Origin: a virus | Lineage: Duplodnaviria > Caudoviricetes | DNA length: 53,375 nt | Direction: 5' to 3' (one strand) | IMG/VR virus record: IMGVR_UViG_3300036816_000028 | Span: 1 to 53,375 of that record | In this document: piece after piece, positions 17,106-26,233 of the stretch | Position numbering within the stretch: the stretch's first letter is position 1 | Layout of the letters: every line of letters begins with the position of its first letter | The notes under the pieces: model-generated | Databases searched by the model: none | What the model was told of the DNA's origin: nothing | The model's input: the letters and a program-made list of their open reading frames with translations, nothing else | Translations under genes and position numbers: made by a program

Positions 17106-17546
17106 TCAGTTCCTCCAGCTTTTCGATTCGGTGGTGTTGTGGCGGATGTCGTGACCGGACCCGGGCGTGTGGTGTGCCGGGGACCGGGTGCCGAACAGGC
17201 TTCCGCACGCGGAGCACACCTGCTCTTCGTCCTTCCAGGCCCGGTTCCGGACCCAGCCGCACTTCAGGCAGCGCCAGCGCGTGCAGCGACCGCAGGGCTT
17301 CGTTCCCGGCCGGGCGCGGTAGCGGCGCCGGGAGTCCGGCGCGGGGGACGGCGGACGCGGGCGCCGGGCCTTCGGTCCGACGGGGACCGACCGGTCCCGG
17401 GCGGGATCGTCCTCCAGCTCCGTGGCGCACGCGTCGCACATCGGCTCCGCGTAGCCCGTCTGATCGGGGTCCATGGTCCAGGCGGCACAGCGGGCGCAGC
17501 GCGGCCCGCGCGCAGCGACAGCGGCCAGGACAGCAGGGAAGCTCAT
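17106..17546 (-). CDS. Cys-rich zinc-finger protein (five CxxC)
   Basis: ATGA-coupled; CARC, CDAC, CGRC, CLKC, CSAC. Confidence 0.6.
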   Translation of the reverse strand: MSFPAVLAAVAARGPRCARCAAWTMDPDQTGYAEPMCDACATELEDDPARDRSVPVGPKARRPRPPSPAPDSRRRYRARPGTKPCGRCTRWRCLKCGWVRNRAWKDEEQVCSACGSLFGTRSPAHHTPGSGHDIRHNTTESKSWRN

Positions 17547-18121
17547 TTCAGGTTCACCGACCCGTCCGTGTCGGACACGGGGACACCGCGGGCCACCCAG
17601 GTCAGGAGGCGGTGGTCCCAGACGACCGCCACCGGCGTACCCGGGATCTCCAGCCGCCGGTCACGGACCAGCCGGGACCCGGCGATGGTCAGGTAGGAGC
17701 TGTTCGAGCGCTCCAGGTTGTTCAGCGCGTCGGCCAGCCGCTCCGCGGCGAAGTCGGGATGGCTGACCGGCCGGTGCCGCTTGCCGGTCGGGACCCGGCG
17801 GTGGACGGAGTCGTTCATCTCTCCTTCCGTGGACGTGCACCGCGGGCACCGGTGGATGCCGACGTACCGGCGGTTCACCCAGTAGCGCAGGTGCCCACAG
17901 GTCCGGCAGATCCAGGTTCCGCAGTCCCCGCAGACGTAGGGAACGAACGCCTTCGGTGCGCACGGGAGGCGGTACCAGCCGCCGTCCCGCTTCTCCACCA
18001 GACCGACGGCGGCCATCTTCGCCAGCTCTACGACAGCGGCGCCGGTGATCCGGCCGTCGTCGCGGGCCAGGTCCAGGATGGCCGCCCAGTTCCGCTCCAC
18101 GCGGTCGGGACGGCCGGTCAC
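17543..18121 (-). CDS. Cys-rich zinc-finger protein
   Basis: GTGA-coupled; CGDCGTWICRTCG...CPRC. Confidence 0.6.
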   Translation of the reverse strand: MTGRPDRVERNWAAILDLARDDGRITGAAVVELAKMAAVGLVEKRDGGWYRLPCAPKAFVPYVCGDCGTWICRTCGHLRYWVNRRYVGIHRCPRCTSTEGEMNDSVHRRVPTGKRHRPVSHPDFAAERLADALNNLERSNSSYLTIAGSRLVRDRRLEIPGTPVAVVWDHRLLTWVARGVPVSDTDGSVNLK

Positions 18122-18483
18122 AACCTGCTCCGGTCGTACTCCGGCAGCGGCGCCCAGTGGACGCTCCGCGACGCACGGACGTGGTTGATCCAGGCGTCGT
18201 GGATGCGGTGGACGAACTCCCACTCCACCGCGACCGCGCCGTAGTCCTCCATGTACGGGGCCAGGGCGGAGATGCAGTCCTCCCGGTTGTGCGGAGAGGT
18301 CACCACGCATTCGTCCCCGGGACGCCCGTAGTCGGCGAGTACCGACCAGCCGAAGAACGGGGCCTCACCGATCCACACGGTGTAGGTCTTTCCCATCCAC
18401 GGATACGTGATCCGGGTGGCGCGGGCCCGCGGCATGGCCGCCAGTTCCGCGGCCGTCACCGGGATCATGATCTGGTTCTTCAT
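18118..18483 (-). CDS. Hypothetical protein, first gene of leftward operon
   Basis: AAGGAGG RBS, strong promoter upstream. Confidence 0.75.
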   Translation of the reverse strand: MKNQIMIPVTAAELAAMPRARATRITYPWMGKTYTVWIGEAPFFGWSVLADYGRPGDECVVTSPHNREDCISALAPYMEDYGAVAVEWEFVHRIHDAWINHVRASRSVHWAPLPEYDRSRL

Positions 18484-18510
18484 GGCCCTCCTTCCTTCTT
18501 CCTGGCCACC

Positions 18511-18569
18511 ACCCTAGGGTCAGTGTCAAAGAGTGTCAATCGCTGTAAAAGACTGCTACGCTCCCGGTC
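18511..18569. promoter_or_regulatory. Divergent promoter pair with GTGTCAA direct repeats
   Basis: Minus: TTGACA-N17-TAGGGT (18539-18511); plus: TACGCT-N7-ATG leaderless start of HTH gene. Confidence 0.75.
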
Positions 18570-18755
18570 ATGGACACTGACCTGATCACCCGGCGCGGAG
18601 CGGCCGACCGTGCGGGCGTGGACGTCCGCACGGTGGACTACTGGCGCCGGACGGGCAAACTGACGGAACACCGCGACGGCCGCGGGCGCGTCTGGGTGGA
18701 GGTGGAGGAGCTGGACCGGCTGCTGAAGCCGGTCCCCGTTTCTGCCACCCGCTGA
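18570..18755 (+). CDS. MerR/excisionase-like HTH DNA-binding protein
   Basis: LITRRGAADRAGVDVRTVDYWRRTGKL...GRVWV. Confidence 0.8.
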   Translation: MDTDLITRRGAADRAGVDVRTVDYWRRTGKLTEHRDGRGRVWVEVEELDRLLKPVPVSATR

Positions 18756-18780
18756 ACGACCAGGAAGCGAGGAAGAGAGA

Positions 18781-19254
18781 ATGACGATCAAGGCCATTGA
18801 AACGGCCTACGGCGGATGCCGGTTCAGGTCCCGTCTGGAAGCCAGGTGGGCGGTCTTCTTCGACGCCCAGCACTGGACGTGGACCTACGAACCGCAGGGC
18901 TTCACGCTGCCGTCGGGGAACTACCTGCCGGACTTCCAGGTGGCGCCGTACGGTGGGGACCCGGTCTGGTTCGAGGTGAAGGCGCCGGGTGTGCCGGACG
19001 ACGCGCGGTGGCCGGAGCTGGCCGCCGCTACCGGCGTCCTGATCATCGTGGCGAAGGGCATGCACCGGACCGGAGACGACTGTATGACGGCGCACAGCGC
19101 CGACGTGTACGCGCCCGGGGGTGCGGGCCACGGGCTGAAGCTGTGGATGAACGCCCCGCGGTCGGCCTGGGACGCTGCCTCCGGCGCACGGTTCGAGCAC
19201 GGGGAGTCCGGAGCAGCCGGACGCCGCTCCGGGCGCGGACGGAGGCGTCGGTGA
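18781..19254 (+). CDS. PD-(D/E)XK-family nuclease-like protein
   Basis: FRSRLEARWA, YEPQG, YLPDF, WFEVK. Confidence 0.75.
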   Translation: MTIKAIETAYGGCRFRSRLEARWAVFFDAQHWTWTYEPQGFTLPSGNYLPDFQVAPYGGDPVWFEVKAPGVPDDARWPELAAATGVLIIVAKGMHRTGDDCMTAHSADVYAPGGAGHGLKLWMNAPRSAWDAASGARFEHGESGAAGRRSGRGRRRR

Positions 19255-22200
19255 CCGCGGAGGCGGTGGAGTCCACCGCTGCCGGGCGGCCGACCGACCA
19301 GGAGGCGTCCCCGCTGAGCCTGGCCCACCAGGCGGAGCTGGAGGCGTCCTGCGTCGGTGAGGAGCACATCGCGGCGCGCGGCTACCGCACGCTGTACGGG
19401 TCGGACGAAGACCGCACGGAGCTTCGGGACCTGCGCATCCCCCGTTGGATGTGGCGGGAGCCCACCGCATTCCCGGGTCTGCTCATCCCGGAGTACCGGG
19501 CCACCGGGGAGCTGATCGGCTACCAGTGGAAGCCGGGTCAGCCGCAGCGCAACCCGGAGGGCAAGCCGGTCAAGTACGCCAGTGCGACCGGGGCGCCCAA
19601 CCACATGGACATCCCGCCCCTGGTGGCGGACAAGGTCCGTGACCCGAAACACTCGCTGTGGATCACCGAAGGCGTGAAGAAGGCCGACTCCCTGGCGACG
19701 CTCGGGAAGGCCGTCGTCACGCTGACCGGCGTCTTCAACTGGCGGTCCAAGCTGGGCACGCTGGGCGACTGGGAGGACATCCCGCTGAAGGGCCGGACCA
19801 TCGTGGTCTGCTTCGACGCGGACGCCCGGGAGAAGCGCACGGTTCTCCTGGCCATGGTCCGGCTGGGCCGCTGGCTGACGTCCAAGGGTGCGGCCGACGT
19901 CCGGTACCTGATCGTCCCGGCAGAGGTGGAGCAGGAGGAGGGCGCGCCCGTCGCGGTGAAGGGCGTGGACGACTACTTCCGAGCTGGGGGGACGCTCGAA
20001 GAGCTGGGCGCGTTCGCCACCCGGGAGGAGCCGGGCGGGGGCGGCGCCCAGGACGCCAGCTTCAGTGACGCCGTGATGGCCGACACCGTGTGCGGTGAGG
20101 CGCTGGAGGGGGTCTTCCGCTGGTCCGCAGGACTGGGGTGGATGACCTGGACCGGGAAGGTCTGGCGGAAGGCCACGGACGCCACCGTGACCGAAGCGGT
20201 ACGTCTGTGGGCGCTGGCCCAGTTCGAACGGGTGCTGGAGCGCCAGCGGGACGACCCGAACCGGGACCTGCGGGCCCAGATCGACGGCTGGCGGAGCGCC
20301 CTGGGAAAGGCCAAGCTGAACGCCCTGGTGGCGTTGTCCCGGGGCATCCTGGAAAGCGATCCGGGGGACTTCGACGCCGACCCGGACGCGATCAACTGCC
20401 CGAACGGCATCGTGGACCTGCGAACGGGCTTGATCGTCCCGCACGACCCGGACCGACTGATGACGAAGATCACCGGCGTGGACTACGTCAAGGACGCGGA
20501 GAGCACCGACTGGCTGAAAGCGCTGGAGGCGTTGCCGGAGGGCGTGCGGGACTGGTTCCAACTCCGCATCGGCCAGGCCGTCACCGGCCATCTGACGCCC
20601 GACGACCTGGCCGTCATCTGCCAGGGCGGAGGGGAGAACGGGAAGTCCACAGTCTTCAATGCGCTCCTGGTGGCCACCGGGCTGTATCACATCATGGTGG
20701 CGGACCGGGCCATGTTGGGGAACGCCAGCGACAACCACCCCACGGAGATGATGGACTTCCGCGGCGCGCGGCTGGCGATGCTGGAGGAGACGCCGGAGGA
20801 GCGGCACCTGGACACCAACCGGCTGAAGAAGCTGGTGGGCACCCGGGAGATCACCGCCCGCGGGATGCGCCAGGACGACGTGACGTTCGAGACGACGCAC
20901 TCCCTGTTCGTGAACACGAACTTCGAACCGCAGGTCAACGAGACGGACCACGGGACCTGGCGCCGTCTGGCGCTCCTGAAATTCCCGTACACCTATCGCA
21001 AGCCCCATGAGCCCCTGATGGGCCCGAACGACCGGCGGGCGGACCCGACGCTCCGGCAGCGGGTGGAGACCCCCGCGGTGATGGAGGCGGCCCTGGCCTG
21101 GGCGGTGGAGGGCGCTCAGCGCTGGTACGCGGCCGACCGCATCATGCCGGGCCTGCCGGACCAGGTCGTTGCCGACACGATGGAGTGGCGCCAGAAGTCG
21201 GACCCGATCCTGAAGTTCGCGAACGAGAACCTGGAGTTCGACCGGGAGAGCCACATCACCGGCGCGGAGCTGACCGACGCGTTCATGTCCTTCCTGGAGT
21301 CGGAGCGGTCGAAGCCGTGGTCCGCGAAGACCTTCGTCAGCCGCTTCGGTGGTCACGATCTGTGTTCACGGAACGGGGTCGCATACAAGTTGATCAAGGC
21401 GCGGGCGGGCCGTTCGACGCGGAAGCCGAACCTGTCCGTATCGGCGTCCTACAAGGCGTGGCTGGGGGTGCGCTTCACCACCCCGGACGACACCGATCCG
21501 TCTCAGGATGTGGGATTTTCCCCGGAATCCCCGAACGAAGATCCTTTCGGGGATTTTAAGAACCCGCAGGTGGAAGGGGGTGTTCAAGATCAGGTAACCC
21601 CAGTAACCTCACCGCCGGTTAAGCGCCCTAGTACGCGAGAAACGCAGCTTAACCGGCGTAGAGGTTACTCAGGTTACCGAAACGATGTCGTTTCGATAAA
21701 TGAAGATCATCAGGAAGAAGAAATGTCCGAAATGAGCGAATCCACGGAGCCCGTGTTCTTCGACCTGGAGGGCGCGAACGCCGACGAACTGTTCACCTAC
21801 AGTGATGACGGAGGGTCACCGCCGGTCGGCTTCGTCCGGCTGGCCGGTGCCGCCGTCGGAGAGGGTGAGATCCGCACCGGTGTGCCGGTGGAGAAGCTGG
21901 TCCGGATGCTGGAGGAGCGGCCGTCGGCGGGCCACAACATCCTGGGCTTCGACGGCCTGGCGCTGGCCTTCCACCACGGCATGGACTGGGAGAAGTTCTG
22001 CGCCGGTGCGGTGGACACGGAGATCAACGCCCGGCTGGACGACCCCCCGCGGTCCAAGGAGACCGGTGGGAGTGAGGACCGGTACGACCTGGACCACATC
22101 GCCGCGAAGCTGGGGGTGGGTGGGAAGACCGACTCCGCCAAGCGGCTGAAGGACAAGTTCGGCGGGTACGACCGCATCCCCGTGGACGACCCGGAGTACC

Positions 22201-23489
22201 ACGCGTACCTGAAGGGCGACGTGGCCGCCACCCGGTCGGTGGCCGGTCGGCTGCCGATGACGGAGTACGGCCAGCGGGAGCACCTTCTGGCGTCCCTGGC
22301 GGGACGGATGACGCTCAACGGCTGCCGGGTGGACGTCGCGCTCCTGCGGAAGCGCCTGAAGGACGGCCAGGCACGCAAGCGGGCGGCCATGGAGGAGCTG
22401 GCGGACGGCCAGGGTCTTCCGCTGGGGCGCACCGTCATGCGCGGCCGGGGTGCGGCGAAGGCGCCGGTGTTCGAGCCCTTCAGCTCCCCTTTCAACACCA
22501 CGGAGGGGAAGGAGTGGCTGGCGGACCTATGGCAGCGCTTCGGGGTGGTCCGGCCGCCGGTGACCGACAGCGGGGCCCTGTCCACCGCCGCGGAGCGGCT
22601 GAAGGCTGTGGCGGACAACCCGCGGTGCCCGGCGGAGCTGAAGCACGTCCTGGAGCTGATGGAGGTCATCACCACCACCAGGACCGTCTACCAGACCGCT
22701 GCCACGTACATGACCGCCGAAGGCCGGGTGCACCCCATGGTCTCCATGCGCCAGGCGTCGGGCCGGTGGTCGCTGACGAAGCCGGGCCTGACCGTCTTCG
22801 GGAAGCGCGGCGGGCGCCACGTGGAGCGGGAGATCATCATTCCGGAGCGGGGCCATGTGGTCATCACCTGCGACCTGGCACAGGTGGACATGCGCGGGGT
22901 GGCGGGCCACTGCCAGGACCCGGCGTACATGGAGCTGTTTCAGCCCGGCAAGGACATCCACCAGGAGATCGCGGACATGCTGGGCATCGCCCGGCAGGAC
23001 GCGAAAGCGTTCGGCCACGGGTACAACTACGGGCTCTCACTGAACGGCGCGGTCCGCCGCGGTGCGGACCTGGAGCTGGCAAAGGTCTTCTACCAGGGCA
23101 TGGTCACCCAGTTCCCGGTCAAGGAGGAGTGGACGAAGAAGATCCAGTCCATGGGGGCCCACGGGGACCTCCTGGACAACGGCTTCGGGCGCAAGATGCG
23201 CTGCGACCCGGAGAGCGCCTTCACCGTCGCGCCCGCGCTGATGGGCCAGGGCAGTGCCCGGGACATCACCATGGAGGTCCTGATCCGGCTCATGACGGCG
23301 CACCCGGAGTACCGGCCGTTCCTGCGGATCTACGTCCACGACGAATTCGTCTTCTCCGTTCCGGAGGCCATGGCGGAGGAGGTCGGAGCGGAGATCGAGA
23401 AGGCGTTCACCTGGGAGTGGCGCGGCGTGCCGATTCTTTGTGATCGCACTGCACCCGCGGAGAGCTGGGGTGCGGCCAGTGCGAAGTGA
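19251..23489 (+). CDS. polA: Primase (TOPRIM/DUF3854-like)-D5/SF3 helicase-family A DNA polymerase fusion (1412 aa)
   Basis: WITEGVKKAD and CFDAD (TOPRIM); INCPNGIVDL (D5_N); GGGENGKST Walker A; FDLEG, GHNILGFD, YLKGD (3'-5' exo); DLAQVDMR, RQDAKAFGHGYNYG, VHDEFVF (Pol A/B/C); no stop between domains. Confidence 0.9.
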   Translation: MTAEAVESTAAGRPTDQEASPLSLAHQAELEASCVGEEHIAARGYRTLYGSDEDRTELRDLRIPRWMWREPTAFPGLLIPEYRATGELIGYQWKPGQPQRNPEGKPVKYASATGAPNHMDIPPLVADKVRDPKHSLWITEGVKKADSLATLGKAVVTLTGVFNWRSKLGTLGDWEDIPLKGRTIVVCFDADAREKRTVLLAMVRLGRWLTSKGAADVRYLIVPAEVEQEEGAPVAVKGVDDYFRAGGTLEELGAFATREEPGGGGAQDASFSDAVMADTVCGEALEGVFRWSAGLGWMTWTGKVWRKATDATVTEAVRLWALAQFERVLERQRDDPNRDLRAQIDGWRSALGKAKLNALVALSRGILESDPGDFDADPDAINCPNGIVDLRTGLIVPHDPDRLMTKITGVDYVKDAESTDWLKALEALPEGVRDWFQLRIGQAVTGHLTPDDLAVICQGGGENGKSTVFNALLVATGLYHIMVADRAMLGNASDNHPTEMMDFRGARLAMLEETPEERHLDTNRLKKLVGTREITARGMRQDDVTFETTHSLFVNTNFEPQVNETDHGTWRRLALLKFPYTYRKPHEPLMGPNDRRADPTLRQRVETPAVMEAALAWAVEGAQRWYAADRIMPGLPDQVVADTMEWRQKSDPILKFANENLEFDRESHITGAELTDAFMSFLESERSKPWSAKTFVSRFGGHDLCSRNGVAYKLIKARAGRSTRKPNLSVSASYKAWLGVRFTTPDDTDPSQDVGFSPESPNEDPFGDFKNPQVEGGVQDQVTPVTSPPVKRPSTRETQLNRRRGYSGYRNDVVSINEDHQEEEMSEMSESTEPVFFDLEGANADELFTYSDDGGSPPVGFVRLAGAAVGEGEIRTGVPVEKLVRMLEERPSAGHNILGFDGLALAFHHGMDWEKFCAGAVDTEINARLDDPPRSKETGGSEDRYDLDHIAAKLGVGGKTDSAKRLKDKFGGYDRIPVDDPEYHAYLKGDVAATRSVAGRLPMTEYGQREHLLASLAGRMTLNGCRVDVALLRKRLKDGQARKRAAMEELADGQGLPLGRTVMRGRGAAKAPVFEPFSSPFNTTEGKEWLADLWQRFGVVRPPVTDSGALSTAAERLKAVADNPRCPAELKHVLELMEVITTTRTVYQTAATYMTAEGRVHPMVSMRQASGRWSLTKPGLTVFGKRGGRHVEREIIIPERGHVVITCDLAQVDMRGVAGHCQDPAYMELFQPGKDIHQEIADMLGIARQDAKAFGHGYNYGLSLNGAVRRGADLELAKVFYQGMVTQFPVKEEWTKKIQSMGAHGDLLDNGFGRKMRCDPESAFTVAPALMGQGSARDITMEVLIRLMTAHPEYRPFLRIYVHDEFVFSVPEAMAEEVGAEIEKAFTWEWRGVPILCDRTAPAESWGAASAK
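21593..21695. other. Origin-like imperfect palindrome in AT-richer interdomain linker
   Basis: GGTAACC/AGTAACCTC/CGCCGGTTAAGC mirrored by GCTTAACCGGCG/GAGGTTACT/GGTTACC, then CGAAACGA-TG-TCGTTTCG. Confidence 0.6.
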
Positions 23490-23871
23490 CCGGTTCCGCT
23501 ACCCGGCGGGGATCACGGACAAAGCGGCTTACGACGCCCAGACGTACCTGGAGGCGGGAACGGAGGAGGCGATGGCCGCCGCACGGCGGATCGACCGCCG
23601 GGAGAGGAAGAAGGAGATCATGAAGAAGCTGAAGGATCTGGCCGGACTGGGGGTCGGCCACCAGTTCATCCTGGGGTGGAAGGAGCGCCAGGCCGCCGCT
23701 GCGGAGGCGGACCTGTTCCTGATCCGGTGCGCTGCGCTGGGCTTCACCCGGCATGAGACGGCCGCCGCGGTGCTGAAGGCCCATGAGCTGTATCCGGCCT
23801 TCACCGTGGAGCAGATCAAGGCGTACGTCTGGGAGCGGATGACCGACGGAACGCTGACTCCGGTGAAATGA
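23470..23871 (+). CDS. Hypothetical protein (start uncertain)
   Basis: High-GC3 frame overlapping polymerase end. Confidence 0.65.
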   Translation: MRPVRSDRFRYPAGITDKAAYDAQTYLEAGTEEAMAAARRIDRRERKKEIMKKLKDLAGLGVGHQFILGWKERQAAAAEADLFLIRCAALGFTRHETAAAVLKAHELYPAFTVEQIKAYVWERMTDGTLTPVK

Positions 23872-23926
23872 TCAAAGGACTGATCAGGGATGATTCATGA
23901 TCATTGTTACGTAGGAAGGCGGGATC

Positions 23927-24529
23927 ATGGAACTGGACATGACCGTCATGTACGCCCGGCGGTGCCCGGCGGTGCAGACCAACGGCCGGGCGTGCATGCA
24001 GCCCGCCGGGAGCAGGACCAAGCACAAGGGGTGGGGCTTCTGCCGGTTCCACCAGGGCGGTGTCCGACCTGTAGAGGAGACCTGGGCCATGGCGGCTGAA
24101 CTGGCGGAACAACTGGACATGAACCCGCTGGAGGCGCTGCTCCACAGCGTGCGGGTGGCGGGCGCCCATGCGGCCTGGGCGGACGTCCAGCTTCAGGCCG
24201 CGATCAAGCGCCAGGAGGACGACGGCGGGAATCCGGGCGACGCTCCGAACGACGCGGTGAAGCGGTGGATGATCGAGTCCCGCAATGAACGGCGGCTGTT
24301 CGTCCAGGCGTCCAAGCTGTCGGTGGACGCCGGTGTGGCCGCCGCGCTGGTCCAGCGGGTGGAGCTGGAGTCCACGGCCGTGGCGGAGGCGGTGATGGCC
24401 GCCGTGGACACGCTGGACCTGGAGCCGTCGGAGAGGAACCGCGCGCTGGGCAAGGCGCAGGAGCGTCTTCTGGAGATAGCGGGTGCAGCGATGGAACTTC
24501 CCGACGTCCAGGGCTTGTCCGACCGCTGA
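23927..24529 (+). CDS. HGGxSTG-like zinc-knuckle protein, probable terminase small subunit
   Basis: RRCPAVQTNGRACMQPAG...GFCRFHQGG then helical coiled region. Confidence 0.6.
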   Translation: MELDMTVMYARRCPAVQTNGRACMQPAGSRTKHKGWGFCRFHQGGVRPVEETWAMAAELAEQLDMNPLEALLHSVRVAGAHAAWADVQLQAAIKRQEDDGGNPGDAPNDAVKRWMIESRNERRLFVQASKLSVDAGVAAALVQRVELESTAVAEAVMAAVDTLDLEPSERNRALGKAQERLLEIAGAAMELPDVQGLSDR

Positions 24530-24537
24530 CCTGTCAA

Positions 24538-24572
24538 GAGGTGGCGCTGGGTTTCGTCTTCCGGCGCCACCT
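24538..24572 (+). terminator. Stem-loop after terS-like gene
   Basis: AGGTGGCGCTGG...CCGGCGCCACCT. Confidence 0.55.
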
Positions 24573-24629
24573 GCATGTTCGGGCGCAGCGGTGCGCCGGT
24601 GCCCTGCCGCTGCCGGAATCCGCCCGTAG

Positions 24630-25250
<621 letters not shown>

Positions 25251-25341
25251 CCTGGCGCTGGCCGGTTGGTGCACCGGCGTACAGCCGCGGACGTGCTGGG
25301 TCCGCGATGCCGGGTGGCTGTTGGCGCGGACACCCGAAGAA

Positions 25342-25381
25342 CGAACAGCCCCCTGGCATCCGACCACCAGGGGGCTGTTCG
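25342..25381. terminator. Bidirectional terminator between convergent genes
   Basis: Perfect 15-bp stem CGAACAGCCCCCTGG/CCAGGGGGCTGTTCG. Confidence 0.8.
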
Positions 25382-25396
25382 CTGCGCGGGGACCTG

Positions 25397-25519
25397 TTAG
25401 CAGGGCTGGCCGCACTTCGTGCACTTGCCGATCCACTCACCGGACGTTCCGCCGGTGTGGTCCCCGCCGTTCGGGCAGTTGCCGAAGACGGTCGAAATCA
25501 GGCGCAGGAGTCGGTTCAC
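25397..25519 (-). CDS. 40-aa zinc-finger peptide MNRLLRLISTVFGNCPNGGDHTGGTSGEWIGKCTKCGQPC
   Basis: GTG directly after AGGAAGAAGGAAGATC; C...H...CxxC; not in ORF track. Confidence 0.65.
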   Translation of the reverse strand: MNRLLRLISTVFGNCPNGGDHTGGTSGEWIGKCTKCGQPC

Positions 25520-25585
25520 GATCTTCCTTCTTCCTCTCGGGTTCCACCGCGGCCGGGTGGATTCCCGGCCGCGGAAGTCTCTGGA

Positions 25586-26062
25586 TCAGACGGTCTTCCA
25601 GGTGTAGGAGATCACCTGGGGCGCCAAGGCGTGGCGCTGGTCGTTGCCGAAGTACAGCGATCCGGCCGGGTCGGAGCGGAAACCGATCACCCAGGAGTCG
25701 AAGGGCTCCGGAGCGTAGTAGCCGTCCGTCATGGACAGTTCGTAGCTGATGTGGCCGCGGTAGGCGGTGCGCTCGAACGTGTCCGCGTCGGTGCACTCGG
25801 TGCGCTCCTCCATCAGCGCCACGAACCAGGCGGCGAACCGGCTGGTGGTGACCGCGTCCCAGTTCGGGGTGGCCGCTTCCACCGGCGCCGTCTCGGTGGC
25901 CTCCTCCGTCTCCACCGGCGCCGCGTTCCGGGCGTCGAAGGCGGCCAGGACCGCGTCCATCTCCGCCTTGCCAGCGGCCTGGAGCGCCTTCAGGTTGGCG
26001 GCGCTGGGGTCGGCGGTGAAAGCGGCTTCTGCGTCCCGGCGGGCGATGGAGAGAGTGTTCAT
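25586..26062 (-). CDS. Hypothetical protein (158 aa)
   Basis: ATG after AGGAAGAAGGAAGATC; TTGACA upstream. Confidence 0.75.
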   Translation of the reverse strand: MNTLSIARRDAEAAFTADPSAANLKALQAAGKAEMDAVLAAFDARNAAPVETEEATETAPVEAATPNWDAVTTSRFAAWFVALMEERTECTDADTFERTAYRGHISYELSMTDGYYAPEPFDSWVIGFRSDPAGSLYFGNDQRHALAPQVISYTWKTV

Positions 26063-26233
26063 GATCTTCCTTCTTCCTGGTCGTCTTGCTGTGTCTCTAT
26101 ACTCCCGCAAGTCAGAACTCTTGTCAAGTTATGCGTAAGTCTCTGACCTGCGAAAATGAAGATTCTTTGGCGCCGGACGACGCACACAGGGCGCGCGGGT
26201 AGCCTTACTCCAGCCGATGAAAGGAATGGAACC

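Noticed and set aside
18570-18755. Excisionase implying integrative lysogeny
   Set aside because: No integrase or att site visible in the window; fold is shared with transcriptional regulators, so lifestyle cannot be inferred from it
18816-19250. ORF-track N-terminal extension of the replicase
   Set aside because: Overlaps the PD-(D/E)XK gene; GTG at 19251 has a GGAGG RBS and GTGA coupling
21480-21730. Intein or intron between helicase and polymerase
   Set aside because: No C/S...HN-C/S/T splice motifs or homing endonuclease; short linker explained by palindrome and internal start
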